64,000 nt of DNA from an uncultured Chloroflexia bacterium. GTDB taxonomy: Bacteria; Chloroflexota; Anaerolineae; B4-G1; SLSP01. The DNA lies in contig CAVVUS010000024.1 of the NCBI GenBank assembly GCA_963751345.1, positions 32,001-96,000 on the forward strand, in the 5' to 3' direction. The translations under genes and the position numbers were made by a program. The notes under the pieces were generated by a model. The model was not told the origin of the DNA. It searched no databases and saw nothing but the letters and a program-made list of their open reading frames with translations. Numbering within the stretch: the first letter of the stretch is position 1; each line of letters opens with the position of its first letter. Below, in pieces: positions 40,584 through 51,474 of this stretch.

Positions 40584-43085
40584 TGGATTGGGATAAGCTG
40601 CCTCTGTCCCCGGAGGATTTCTTCGGGGATGCATTTGACGCCGGCCCAAGCGAAGATGGCCCCTTTCAGGCCATTGTGCTTCCCTTACGCGACCTCGTGG
40701 TCTATCCGCAGATGGTCACGCCGCTCTACGTAGGACGCGAACGGTCGCTCCAGGCTATGGCTACCGCGGTCGAGGAAGACTGGCCCGTCGTCGTGATCAC
40801 GCAGCGCGATGACGATCAAGAGGACTATCCCGATGCGGAAGATCTCTACAGCGTCGGCACGGAGGTTGTGATCGCACGCTCGATTCGGCTGCCGGATGGC
40901 AGTACGAGTGCGATTGCACAAGGGGTAGGTAGGGTGCGGGTGCTGGACGTCATCCAGGAACGGCCTTACATGGTGGCCACCTTCGAGACGTTGCCCGAAC
41001 CGGCCGAGAACTCGGCGCTCACGGAAGCACTCACACGCGCCATCCTGGCGATGTTCGAGAAAGTAGTCGAACTCAATCAGGCACTGCCCGAGGAAGCCTA
41101 CGTCTACGCGATGAACATCAACGCCCCAGGGCAGCTGGCCGACGTCATCGCGCAGATCATCAATCTGCCGACCGACGCCAGACAGGTGCTCCTGGAAACG
41201 CTCAACGTCACGGAACGGCTGCAGAAGATCAGCACTCATCTGGCCCAGGAACTTGACGTGCTGGAGCTCGAAAACCAGATCCACACGACGGTCCAGGAGG
41301 AAGTCGACAAGAGCCAGCGGGAGTATTTCCTGCGCGAACAGATGCGCGCCATCCAACAGGAGCTAGGCGAAGTCGATGTGTTTTCGCGAGATCTCGTGGT
41401 GGTTCGCGAGCAATTGGCCAAGGCATCACTGCCGGACCATGTACGAGAGCGGGCAGAGGAAGAGCTGAGACGTCTCTCGATGATGCCGAGTATGGCCCCC
41501 GAGGTCGGTATCATCCGGACGTATCTGGATTGGTTGTTGGCTCTCCCGTGGCGCACGGAGACCGAGGACAACCTCGACATTTCGCATGCCGAGCGGGTGC
41601 TGGAGTCGCAGCACTACGGCTTGCCCAAGGCCAAGCAGCGCATCCTGGAGTACATCGCGGTCCGGAAAATGGCGCCCGTGAACGAGCAGAGCACGATCCT
41701 CTGCTTTGTCGGGCCGCCCGGTACCGGCAAGACATCGCTCGGCCGGTCGATCGCCGAAGCGTTGGGCCGCGAGTTCGTGCGAGTCTCACTCGGCGGCGTC
41801 CGAGACGAGGCCGAGATCCGTGGGCACCGCCGAACCTACATCGGGGCTCTCCCCGGGCGCATCCTGCAGACGATGCGACGTGCAGCGACGGTCAACCCGG
41901 TCTTCATGCTGGATGAGGTGGACAAGATCGGGTACGATTTCAGGGGCGACCCTTCCTCCGCTCTGCTGGAGGTACTGGATCCGGAACAGAACTACGCGTT
42001 CTCCGACCACTACCTGGAGATACCCTACGACCTGTCCAAGGTGCTCTTCGTGGCAACGGCCAACGTCCTCGATACCATTCCGCCCGCCCTCGAGGATCGG
42101 ATGGAGGTCATTGAGTTTCCTGGCTATACGGAACTCGAGAAAATCGAGATCGCCAAGCGCTTCCTGATACCCCGGCAGATCGAGAAAAACGGCCTGACGG
42201 ACATGCCACCGCAGTTTCCAGGGACCACGCTGCACGCGCTGATTCGCCAGTACACGTATGAGGCCGGTGTACGAAACCTCGAGCGCGAAATCGGAAGCAT
42301 CTGCCGCAAGGCCACGCGCAGACTTGCCGAGAGCAAGCAACCTATCCGCACCATCACGCTCAAGTCGGTCGAACGTTATCTCGGCCCGCCGCGGTTCCAG
42401 GAGGAATCGCTTGAGCCGGAGAACGCCGTTGGTGTGGCAATGGGACTGGCCTGGACGGCCAACGGAGGCGATTTGCTGCCGGTTGAGGTAGCGCTCGTCC
42501 CGGGCAAGGGCGGCCTGACTTTGACCGGACAGCTGGGTGGCGTGATGCAGGAGTCCGCGCAGGCAGCGCTTACCTATTTGCGCTCTCGGGCTGAGGTGTG
42601 GGACATCTCGACAGAGTCCTTCGACAAGACGGACACGCATATCCACTTTCCCGAGGGTGGTATTCCCAAAGGACGGCCCTTCAGGCGGCATCACGATCGC
42701 TACCGCTCTCATCTCCGCCTTCACCGGGCGTCCGGTGCGCAGAAACGTGGCGATGACCGGAGAGATCACGTTGCGCGGTCGCGTGCTGGCGGTCGGCGGC
42801 CTCAAGGAGAAACTCCTTGCAGCTCATCGCGCCGGCGTGGCGAAAGTCCTGCTGCCGGCCCGCAACCGCAAGGACATCCAGGAGATTCCAAGGGAGATCC
42901 GCAGACAACTCGAATTGGTCTTCGTCGAGACGATGGATGAGGTCCTCGAGGAGTCTCTCGTTGCGCTATCGGCAGGCGCCGCAGACTCCTTAGGTTCGCC
43001 TCCAACAAACAAACGGGGCGCACCAAGAGGTGTGCCCCGATTGCTTATATCGTCCGTGTACTGCTTGTCAGTAATTCGGCTTTAG
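40583..43085 (+). CDS. lon: ATP-dependent Lon protease; frameshift near 42670, true end probably near 42993
   Basis: [28 protein letters not shown] (catalytic Ser), [15 protein letters not shown]. Confidence 0.96.
43011..43042. terminator. Hairpin terminator between convergent lon and hpf
   Basis: CGGGGCGCACC-AAGA-GGTGTGCCCCG stem, with an A-rich flank giving a U tract on the minus strand. Confidence 0.65.
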
Positions 43086-43622
43086 AACGCCGTAGTCTCC
43101 GTCCTCTCGCCGATACACCAGGCTCAGCCGCCCGTCTGCCGCATCAACAAAGAGGAAGAAGTGGTGTCCCAGCAGCTCCATTTGCTCGATCGCTTCCTCC
43201 GCCAGGATGGAGCTCACTTCGAACTCCTTGACCCGCACGATGCTGGGAGCTTCCTCTTCAGCCAGTTCTGTCTCGATTTCCGCCGCAACCGTTGGCGCGC
43301 TGGGAGCCTGACCACGCCGCATCGTGCGCTGGCGCCCCTTGTAGCGCTCCACCCGCCGGGACATCTTGTCCATCACCGAATCCACGGCGGCGAAAATGTC
43401 ACCCCCGCGTTCCTCGGCCCGCAGAATGGCCTTGGGAACGTAGATGGTGATCTGAGCCACCATACGGCGAGCGTTGTCTCTTGCGTTACTTTCGGAGAGG
43501 TCAACTCGGATACTGTCAAGGTTCGGCAGGTACCGCTGAAGCTTTGAGACCTTGGCCTCCACATAATCGCGAAGCCGTTCGGTCAACTCCAGGTTACGAG
43601 TGTAAATCTGCAGCATTTCCAT
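43068..43622 (-). CDS. hpf: Ribosome hibernation promoting factor (long HPF/RaiA)
   Basis: LRDYVEAKV.KL.RY, AAVD.V.DK, EEAIEQMELLGH.FF.F, VYRR.DGDYG. Confidence 0.95.
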   Translation of the reverse strand: MEMLQIYTRNLELTERLRDYVEAKVSKLQRYLPNLDSIRVDLSESNARDNARRMVAQITIYVPKAILRAEERGGDIFAAVDSVMDKMSRRVERYKGRQRTMRRGQAPSAPTVAAEIETELAEEEAPSIVRVKEFEVSSILAEEAIEQMELLGHHFFLFVDAADGRLSLVYRREDGDYGVLKPNY

Positions 43623-43654
43623 AGTTTGAATCCTCCTTGTCGCTAAGATGGGTG

Positions 43655-44383
43655 TCAGACGGCATGCGACAGGGTAAATGCGTTCACCGTCCTGGCACCT
43701 TGGGCGAGCAACGCCACAGCACAAGCATCCAGAGTGGCCCCCGTCGTGGCCACGTCATCGACCAGCGTCACGCACATTCCTGAAAGGTCTCGGCTCTCAG
43801 AACACAGGAACGCATCTCTCACATTTGTCCAACGCTCGTGAGGCTTCAACCGGGCCTGCGACTTGGTCGATCGAACTCGAAAAAGCAGGAACTCGTCCAA
43901 TGGCAAAGCAATGCGTGAAGCCAACTCTCGTGCTAATAACGTGGACTGATTATATCCACGTTTTGCCTCTCGATCAACATGCAAGGGCACGGGCACCAGG
44001 AGGTCACCCGTGAAACGAACTTGACGCCAGGCGTCGGCCATGCGTTGACCCAGAGGGTGGGCGACGCCCCGGCCTCCTCTATACTTTAGTGCATAGATGG
44101 CATCCCGGATTTGGTCCTGAAACACGTACACCGAATGGATAGGGGCGACGTGGAGCGGCGCAGCACGACACCGCATGCAGATACCGTGGCCATCCCAGGC
44201 ATTCCCGCACCGTGGACAGACGGCGCGGGCGGCAAAGGGAAGCTGCTCTGCGCAGGAGTCGCAGAGCCAAGTCTCGACCCTGCCACACACGACGCAACGC
44301 GGGGGCAGAACGAGATCCAGGAGGTATGGAGTGAGGTGTCTGATGAAACGGGTGCCGTGGTTCACACGTCCCACATCAGCCAA
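43655..44383 (-). CDS. comF: Competence protein ComF (double zinc ribbon plus PRTase)
   Basis: CxxC pairs, PVPLH, RGYNQS, LVDDVATTGATL. Confidence 0.92.
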   Translation of the reverse strand: MADVGRVNHGTRFIRHLTPYLLDLVLPPRCVVCGRVETWLCDSCAEQLPFAARAVCPRCGNAWDGHGICMRCRAAPLHVAPIHSVYVFQDQIRDAIYALKYRGGRGVAHPLGQRMADAWRQVRFTGDLLVPVPLHVDREAKRGYNQSTLLARELASRIALPLDEFLLFRVRSTKSQARLKPHERWTNVRDAFLCSESRDLSGMCVTLVDDVATTGATLDACAVALLAQGARTVNAFTLSHAV

Positions 44384-44391
44384 CGTCCCTC

Positions 44392-45327
44392 CTAGAAAGT
44401 GCCGAAGACCCCGGAGTCGCGGATCTGAAGCAGGGCCGGCCCGAGAAGTACAATCAGGATGGTGGGGAAGATAAAGAAGACCAGGGGAATCATCATCTTC
44501 ACCGGGGCTTGCCGGGCCTTCTCCTCAGCACGCTGGCGGCGCTTGAGCCGCATCGTATCAGACTGGATGCGCATAACTCTGGCCATGCTGACGCCCAACT
44601 GATCGGCCTGGATGATTGCCGCGGTGAAACTGGTTACATCCGGAACGTCCATGCTGTTGGCCATATTACGCAGCGCCTCGCGGCGCAACTTCCCCAACTG
44701 CATCTCCTGGACAGTACGTGAGAACGCGCGACTTAGCTCATTATCCCACTTCTCGGCCACCTTTTGCATGGCGGCATCGAACCCCAATCCGGCCTCGACA
44801 CAGATCGTCAGCAGGTCGAGCGCGTCCGGCATCGCCTTCATGATCTCGTCCTGGCGTTTCTTGATCTTCGATCCCAGCCAAGTGCCCGGAAGCAGATACC
44901 CCAACCCAAACGCGACGATGATGATGAGCAGCTTCTGGCCAAAAGGAACGGAGGACGCAAAGACCACCAGAAGCGACGACACCCCAAGGACCAGTGCGCC
45001 ACCGATCCGATAGGCCAGAAACTGCGCCGGTCTGACCTTATGGGCGATTCCGGCAAGTGCCAGCTTGTGGCGGACCGTTTCCAGCGTGTTTTGAGGCGTG
45101 AATCGCTGAACGAGCTGGCCCAGTGCTGCAACCATTGGAGCGAGAACCCGCTGGCTGAAAGGCCGGGAGAGCTCAATCTCCTCAAGTGTGATCGACTGCC
45201 CCATCGCGGAAAGCTCGTTGAGGCGATCTTCGATTGTCTGGGATGACCCACGTCCGCGTACCACGGCAAGTGTGAGGAGCCCGCCTACAAGTACGAGTGC
45301 CCCAATAATGAATACCGGTAGCATCAT
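44392..45327 (-). CDS. tadC: Tad pilus platform protein TadC
   Basis: PDALDLL.ICVEAGLG, QADQLG, RRQRAEEKA...PVKM..PL. Confidence 0.92.
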   Translation of the reverse strand: MMLPVFIIGALVLVGGLLTLAVVRGRGSSQTIEDRLNELSAMGQSITLEEIELSRPFSQRVLAPMVAALGQLVQRFTPQNTLETVRHKLALAGIAHKVRPAQFLAYRIGGALVLGVSSLLVVFASSVPFGQKLLIIIVAFGLGYLLPGTWLGSKIKKRQDEIMKAMPDALDLLTICVEAGLGFDAAMQKVAEKWDNELSRAFSRTVQEMQLGKLRREALRNMANSMDVPDVTSFTAAIIQADQLGVSMARVMRIQSDTMRLKRRQRAEEKARQAPVKMMIPLVFFIFPTILIVLLGPALLQIRDSGVFGTF

Positions 45328-45333
45328 CCCTCC

Positions 45334-46284
45334 TCAGACCTCGATACTCACGATTTTGTTGATCGTGAAGTACCCGATGACAATCAGCACCAGGGAGATC
45401 CCCAGCATCAACCAGCCACATGGGTCGGTGAACAGCGGGCCGATGAATCCCGGGTTGATGAGGTAGATCACCAGACCGAGTACGAAGGGAAGACCTGTGA
45501 TGAGGTAACCGGTATAGCGACCTTGAGAGGTCAGCGTCCTGATCTCCCCCTTGATCCTGACCCGCTCCCGGATCGTGAAACTGATGGCATCCAGTACCTC
45601 CGCTAGATTGCCGCCGACCTCGCGCTGAACGCTCATCGCGGTGATAATGAGGTCCATGTCTGCACTAGGCATGCGCCGCAAGAGGTTTGCCATCGCGGTG
45701 TCAAACGTGATGCCGAGTTGCAGTTCCAATACAACTCGACCGAATTCCTCGGAGATTGGCTCTGGCATCTCATTCCCGATAACTTCAAGCGCCTGGACTG
45801 TACTGTAACCGGCGCGGAGCGAGTTGACAATGAGGTTGAGGGCATCGCTCAGTTGACCGTTGAACTCATTCAGACGCCGGCTCTTGCGAACGCCCAGGTA
45901 GATCCTAGGGGCGAAAAAACCGATGATCACGCCGACTGGAATCAGTATCGTCCGGTGGATCGCATAGAAGAGCAGGCCCAGCAAGAGGGCCAACAGCAGC
46001 GAGAGCACCAGGAACTCACCCGCGTTCCATTTGAGGTTTGCCTGCGCCAATTGGGTTGCAAGGTTCTGCGCGAAACTCCGACCCTCAATCGCGCGGTTCA
46101 CGGCCGAGCTGACGAAACCCTCGCGAGGAGACTCTGGCTTGTCCTCAGCCTCGGCCTGACGCTGGGAACGTCGGCCCAAGCGCTCCTCAACGAGGGCTTG
46201 CCCTGTAGGTTTCGAGGCAAGTCCAACGACCAGGAGGACGACAGCCAACAGAAGCACAGCACCGATCATGATTATGGGGCTCAT
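45334..46284 (-). CDS. tadB: Tad pilus platform protein TadB
   Basis: QLSDAL.L..NSLRAG, QREVGGNLAEVL, IRER. Confidence 0.92.
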   Translation of the reverse strand: MSPIIMIGAVLLLAVVLLVVGLASKPTGQALVEERLGRRSQRQAEAEDKPESPREGFVSSAVNRAIEGRSFAQNLATQLAQANLKWNAGEFLVLSLLLALLLGLLFYAIHRTILIPVGVIIGFFAPRIYLGVRKSRRLNEFNGQLSDALNLIVNSLRAGYSTVQALEVIGNEMPEPISEEFGRVVLELQLGITFDTAMANLLRRMPSADMDLIITAMSVQREVGGNLAEVLDAISFTIRERVRIKGEIRTLTSQGRYTGYLITGLPFVLGLVIYLINPGFIGPLFTDPCGWLMLGISLVLIVIGYFTINKIVSIEV

Positions 46285-46347
46285 GCCAAACCAACCTCCC
46301 TCACTCTGGATATCTCCAGCTATGAGAACAGCCACCTCGCATCCGGG

Positions 46348-47748
46348 TCAGAACCGCATGCGCTGACCGACACCGAAGATTGAGGGAGAAAGGTGAATGC
46401 CAGCTTGCTCAATGCGGTCCATGAACTTCGGACGTATACCAGTGGGACGGAGCTTACCGATGACGCGACCATTCTCAAATCCACTTTGCTCGAACTTGAA
46501 GACTTCAGCGGTCGTGATGACGTCGCCCTCCATCCCCTGAACCTCAGTGATGGAAACCACGCGGCGCGTTCCATCACGCAGACGCTCCAATTGCACGATG
46601 AGGTCAATTGCTGCGGCTACTTGCTCGCGGATGGCACGGTGGGGCAAGTCCATTCCTGCCATCAGAACCAACGTTTCCAGGCGGGAAAGTCCATCACGCG
46701 TGTTGTTGGCGTGGATCGTCGTCATACTGCCCTCGTGGCCGGTATTCATTGCCTGCAGCATGTCCAGGGCCTCACCGCCCCGACATTCGCCCACGATGAT
46801 GCGATCGGGCCGCATTCTCAGGCAGTTTATCACGAGGTCGCGGATCGAGATCTCCCCTCTCCCCTCCACATTGGGTGGCCGGGATTCCAACGTGACCACG
46901 TGCTCCTGACGAAGCTGGAGCTCTGCCGCGTTCTCAATCGTGATAATCCGGTCTTCCGAAGGAATGAAAGCGGACAGAACATTCAGGAACGTCGTCTTGC
47001 CGGTACCCGTGCCGCCGGAGACGATGATATTGACCGCTGCGACAACGGAGGCCCGCAGGAACTCGATGGATTCCTCAGTTATCGTACCAAACCGTATCAG
47101 ATCCTCAACGGTGAGAGGTTTCCTGGAGAACTTCCGGATCGTCAGAATGGGACCCTGCAAGGATATCGGAGGAATCACGGCGTTGACCCGTGAGCCATCT
47201 TTGAGACGCGCGTCAACCGTAGGGCTACTCTCGTCGATGCGGCGTCCGAGTGGTGCCACGATGCGCTCGATGATGCGCATCAGATGCTCATCGGACTCAA
47301 ATGTGACGTTGACACGCTCGATCTTGCCGCTGCGCTCGACAAAGATCTTCTTGCCGCCGTTGACCATAATCTCAGTGATGGACTCATCTGCCAGAAGTGG
47401 CTCCAGGGGACCCAGGCCTAGGATCTCTGCGACGATGACCTCGAACAGCGTATCCCGCTCGCGCCGACCCAGGATGATGCTCTCTTCCTGGAGGATCTCA
47501 TCGTACATATTCTTGATGGTCTGCCGAACTTCATCGGTACGCGACACATCCATCGCCGGATCCATCTCGGCAATGAGCCGGTTCTGGACTCTGTTCTTGA
47601 GGTCCATATAGGCATCGCGAGCCTGGGGCACCGGTCGCCGCTGAACACCTCGGTCCGCAGATTTCGGGGACCTCGATTGCGACGAGGTATCCTCACTCCG
47701 ATCCGATACATCCGACGGCCTCTTCTCAATCCTGCGCAAGAGAGACAT
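46348..47748 (-). CDS. cpaF: Tad pilus assembly ATPase CpaF/TadA
   Basis: GLGPLEPLL.D, GGTGTGKTT, LRMRPDRIIVGE.RG, AMNTGH.GS. Confidence 0.95.
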   Translation of the reverse strand: MSLLRRIEKRPSDVSDRSEDTSSQSRSPKSADRGVQRRPVPQARDAYMDLKNRVQNRLIAEMDPAMDVSRTDEVRQTIKNMYDEILQEESIILGRRERDTLFEVIVAEILGLGPLEPLLADESITEIMVNGGKKIFVERSGKIERVNVTFESDEHLMRIIERIVAPLGRRIDESSPTVDARLKDGSRVNAVIPPISLQGPILTIRKFSRKPLTVEDLIRFGTITEESIEFLRASVVAAVNIIVSGGTGTGKTTFLNVLSAFIPSEDRIITIENAAELQLRQEHVVTLESRPPNVEGRGEISIRDLVINCLRMRPDRIIVGECRGGEALDMLQAMNTGHEGSMTTIHANNTRDGLSRLETLVLMAGMDLPHRAIREQVAAAIDLIVQLERLRDGTRRVVSITEVQGMEGDVITTAEVFKFEQSGFENGRVIGKLRPTGIRPKFMDRIEQAGIHLSPSIFGVGQRMRF

Positions 47749-47785
47749 AACTCACCTCAACAAGCATCACACGATAGTCTGCAGC

Positions 47786-49076
47786 TTACAGCAAACGGCC
47801 CAATCCGGCGTGCCGCTGTGGATCGAGATCGGGCTGCTCTTCCTCCACGGCGGCATGGACCCGGTCGTGGACCTTTCCGGCCAATGTTACGACGCCCTGT
47901 CCCAGCAGAGTCCGGCTGCCTTTCGTCATCACGGGTTCTCCCAGATTGGCAGCCCGCAGTGCGGTGCGCTCGTCCATGGGAATGTGGGCCAGGGCCGGCA
48001 TCATTGCCCTTTCGATAGCCTCGGGCTGGATTCCCATCCGCTTGTTATCCACGCCGTTGATGACTAATCCCACCTTAGTGATATCATAGTTCAGCTTACG
48101 GAGCAGGTCCACGAACAACCTGGCGCCCCGAATCTCCGGGATCACCGGACGTGTCACAATCAGAAGCAAATCGCTCATATCCATTGCAGCCAAGAGCACA
48201 TCATCGACTTGGTGAGCGGTATCAACGACGATGTAATCAAACAAAGGACGCGCGAAGCCCAGGATGGCTCGGAAACGCGTGTTGGCACCGCTCTCCTCCG
48301 TCCCCCCCTCGCGGAATATCTCGGCCTCTTCGGGCGACATCGGCGCCGTCAAGACCCTGACACCCGAATCGTGAGTCACCACAATTGAGTTCATCAGGTC
48401 GGGATCAAGATCAGACGCGTGCGGGGCGAGATCCGCCAGCGTACGCCCAGGTTGGAGTTTCATAAAGACGGAGACGTCGCCGAACTGCAGATTCCCGTCT
48501 ATGAGACATATCTTGGATTCGGGACCCAGCTTGTTCTGCAAAGCGATGGCCAGATTCACCGCCAGGGTTGTGCACCCCGTTCCCCCCTTGGGGCTATAGA
48601 GCGTCACGATCTTGGCCTCAAGCGGGCTAGCCGGCTGTCCGGGCGCAGCGTCCGCCTGCGCCGGCCGGGAGCGGGCCGAGTGGCCCAGTGCCCATCTTCT
48701 GCTTCAGCTGGTAGGCCCGATGGATAGCATCCATCAGCTCGTCTGCCCCAGGGGGTTTCGTGAGATAGTCTCGGGCGCCGGCCATCATTGCGCGCCTGAG
48801 GTAGTCGGTCTCGCCCTGGACAGAGAGCATGATCACTTGCACCGTGGGGATTACCTCGATCACCTTGGCCGTCGCAGCGATGCCGTCTATCCCCGGCAGG
48901 TTAATGTCCATCAGGATCACATCGGGGAAGGCCTGGGAGACGATCTCGACCGCTTCTTCCCCGGTTGATGCCAGAGCCACAACCTCCACATCAGGATCAA
49001 ACGAGAGCAGTTTGCGTAACTGCTCTCGCGTCTCCGCAATATCGTCAACAATCATTACCCTGATGCGATCCGCCAT
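47786..49076 (-). CDS. cpaE: CpaE/TadZ-like protein: receiver domain plus MinD/ParA ATPase; frameshift near 48640
   Basis: REC motifs IVDD, LMDINLPGIDG and KP, plus SPKGGTGCTT and DGNLQFGD. Confidence 0.85.
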
Positions 49077-49088
49077 AGCCAAGCCTTC

Positions 49089-50186
49089 CTATTGCTCTGG
49101 TGGAATCGCCGTCGGTTCCGGCAAGACCTCCAGCGGGGGATGGAGTGACACCGGCCCAACAGGATCAACGGGCATCGCGTCCGGCAACTGGTACCTATCG
49201 AGTATATACCTGAACCAGATTGGCTGAGTCTGAAGTACCGTACCCGTCACGCCGGCCGGTCTGAGCGCCAGATCCAGGTCAGCGCCCATCTCATAGAGGT
49301 ACTTGAGTACGAGGGCATCCTCTCGCGTCACCAGCAACGTTATCAACTCAACATCACGCGCCTCCGGCTGGATCGGTACAGGAGTGGGTGCGGCTTCCGG
49401 ACCACCCAGGGCTGCGGTCGCAGGCTGTGGAACTGGGGTAGGCGCCGCTTCCTCCTGCCATATCCCAATGTGCCAAACCTCGGCGTCCTGAACCGTCATC
49501 TGGACGAGCAATGCAGGATCCGCTGCCGGCTGGCCTTCTGAGGGATAGATCGCCGCCCACTTGCCGTTCGGAAGCAGCTCGAAATCTCCGAAGGGACTCG
49601 TCTGCGCGACATCCTGCTCGCCGCCGCTCTGGAGATACGTAAACTGCCTGACGCCCGTATCGACGAAGTCCGTATAGACAGGGGCCATCTTCAGAGCCGC
49701 GAGGACATCTACCCGATCTCCGGGCTCCAGTGCCCAGCCAACCGCGCCCTGGGTATCGATAGGAATGGCATACGCCACCCGGTCCTCAGGCTCGAATAGG
49801 GCGGCCGCTGATCCCGACACGGAGAGCATTCCCCCCGGCCCAGCCACCATATCGGGCAAGACCGGCATGCCGCGCGGGATCTCCAACCGTGCAAACTTGC
49901 CATCGACCTCATCCAGGGAGGTATAGTACTCCACAGGCAGATTCTCGACCGGCCACGCTTGAAGTGCGATCGCGTTATCCTCAACGCTGACCCGCATACC
50001 TCGCGGTATGCTCTGGATTGCGACCACGATGTCTACCGTCTCAACGGGAACAGACACAGGGGTCCCCTCCGCGGGCTGCTCGGGCGCGCCCGGCGAGCGC
50101 TGCAAGAACAAGTACGCGGCCCCAGCAATTGCGGCCAAGACGATCAAGACCAATGCGAAGATAACCAACCCTCTGTTCCCACGCAT
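49089..50186 (-). CDS. cpaB: Flp pilus assembly protein CpaB/RcpC (SAF domain)
   Basis: N-terminal TM helix, VVAIQSIPRG, LEPGDRVDVL, ITLLVT.EDA..L, LALR. Confidence 0.8.
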   Translation of the reverse strand: MRGNRGLVIFALVLIVLAAIAGAAYLFLQRSPGAPEQPAEGTPVSVPVETVDIVVAIQSIPRGMRVSVEDNAIALQAWPVENLPVEYYTSLDEVDGKFARLEIPRGMPVLPDMVAGPGGMLSVSGSAAALFEPEDRVAYAIPIDTQGAVGWALEPGDRVDVLAALKMAPVYTDFVDTGVRQFTYLQSGGEQDVAQTSPFGDFELLPNGKWAAIYPSEGQPAADPALLVQMTVQDAEVWHIGIWQEEAAPTPVPQPATAALGGPEAAPTPVPIQPEARDVELITLLVTREDALVLKYLYEMGADLDLALRPAGVTGTVLQTQPIWFRYILDRYQLPDAMPVDPVGPVSLHPPLEVLPEPTAIPPEQ

Positions 50187-50232
50187 CAGGACCTCCTTTG
50201 GGCGACGGCTTTACCACATCATGAATCAAGTT

Positions 50233-50252
50233 ATCAGTTTGCGCAAACTGAT
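50233..50252. promoter_or_regulatory. Perfect 20-bp palindrome (putative operator) upstream of cpaB
   Basis: ATCAGTTTGCGCAAACTGAT in an AT-rich intergenic region. Confidence 0.6.
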
Positions 50253-50436
50253 GCCAAACACTACAAGAGCAGTACGTTTAATTATAACCTATTTTAGACA
50301 AACGTGATAGGGGAAGTATCACACAATATCAGCCTATCGACTCACGAATCATTGTATCATAGCCGGAATGACAGCACAACCACCGGAAGTGACGGATGCG
50401 TGTCATGATGACAACGATCGGCCATCAGGCGCGGGC

Positions 50437-50465
50437 TTGACGCTCCAGTACGCTGCAGCTATAAT
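50437..50465 (+). promoter_or_regulatory. Sigma70-type promoter of ftsY-prfB
   Basis: TTGACG-17 nt-TATAAT. Confidence 0.8.
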
Positions 50466-50531
50466 CCCAGCCGACATTCAGCGTATGGAGGCGGTCCGGG
50501 ATGTGGCTCGCCTGAGAGGGACAACGACGGG

Positions 50532-51431
50532 ATGAAAAGCATCTTCGAAAGCCTCAAGAAAACACGCAACACGGTCTTCGGCCAGATCGTCAACCTGCTG
50601 GGTGCAGGAGAGATCACCGATGAGACGTGGGAGGACATCGAAGCACTTCTGATTCAGGGCGACGTCGGCGTTGAGACGACGCTCGCTCTCGTCGAGCGCC
50701 TACGCCAGCGCGTGGAAGAAACGGGCATTTACCGGACGCAAGGGCTCCAGCAGGTTCTGCGCGAAGAGATGATCGCGTTGTTGCCCAAAGCAGAGCCTCT
50801 CAACCTGAAGTGGCCACTAGCGGTGATTCTTATCGTGGGCGTTAACGGGTCAGGAAAGACCACCAGCATTGGCAAACTTGCGTCGCAGTTCAGGGCGCAA
50901 GGTAAGAAGGTCGTGCTGGCTGCGGCAGATACGTTTCGCGCTGCGGCTATGGATCAATTGAAGATCTGGGGAGAGCGCGTTGGCGTACCGGTCGTCGCGG
51001 GTCCCGAGGGAGGAGATCCTGGCGCCGTGGTCTTTGACGCTATGAAATACGCACAGGCCCACAACGCCACCATGCTGATTGTGGATACAGCGGGGCGGCT
51101 GCATACTCAGCACAACCTGATGTCTGAGCTGGAGAAGATACAGAGGGTCATCTCACGGCGGATTGCCTGGGCCCCGCACGAGACCTTCTTGGTCCTGGAC
51201 GCGAGCACAGGGCAAAACGGGATGATCCAGGCCCAGCAGTTCCTCGAGGCCGTGAAGGTCACCGGCATCGTCTTAGCCAAGCTGGATGGCAGCTCAAGAG
51301 GTGGGATGGTGCTCTCTATAGGTCATCAACTCAACTTACCGGTTCGTTACGTGGGAACCGGCGAACAACTGGAAGATCTTGCGCCCTTCGATCCCCAGGC
51401 TTTTGCCGACGGGCTATTGGGCGCCCCATAG
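50532..51431 (+). CDS. ftsY: SRP receptor FtsY
   Basis: GVNGSGKTT, DTFRAAA, DTAGRL, KLDG. Confidence 0.96.
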   Translation: MKSIFESLKKTRNTVFGQIVNLLGAGEITDETWEDIEALLIQGDVGVETTLALVERLRQRVEETGIYRTQGLQQVLREEMIALLPKAEPLNLKWPLAVILIVGVNGSGKTTSIGKLASQFRAQGKKVVLAAADTFRAAAMDQLKIWGERVGVPVVAGPEGGDPGAVVFDAMKYAQAHNATMLIVDTAGRLHTQHNLMSELEKIQRVISRRIAWAPHETFLVLDASTGQNGMIQAQQFLEAVKVTGIVLAKLDGSSRGGMVLSIGHQLNLPVRYVGTGEQLEDLAPFDPQAFADGLLGAP

Positions 51432-51474
51432 ACACGATGATATATCGACCAAACCAAGAAATGGAGCAGCACAA

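Noticed and set aside
42670-42940. Lon lacking its catalytic Ser-Lys domain
   Set aside because: PKDGPS and GGLKEK are present in the adjacent frame, so this is a single-base indel.
50340-50530. Possible SRP RNA or riboswitch upstream of ftsY
   Set aside because: No SRP domain IV motif or recognisable riboswitch consensus; the region is explained by promoters.
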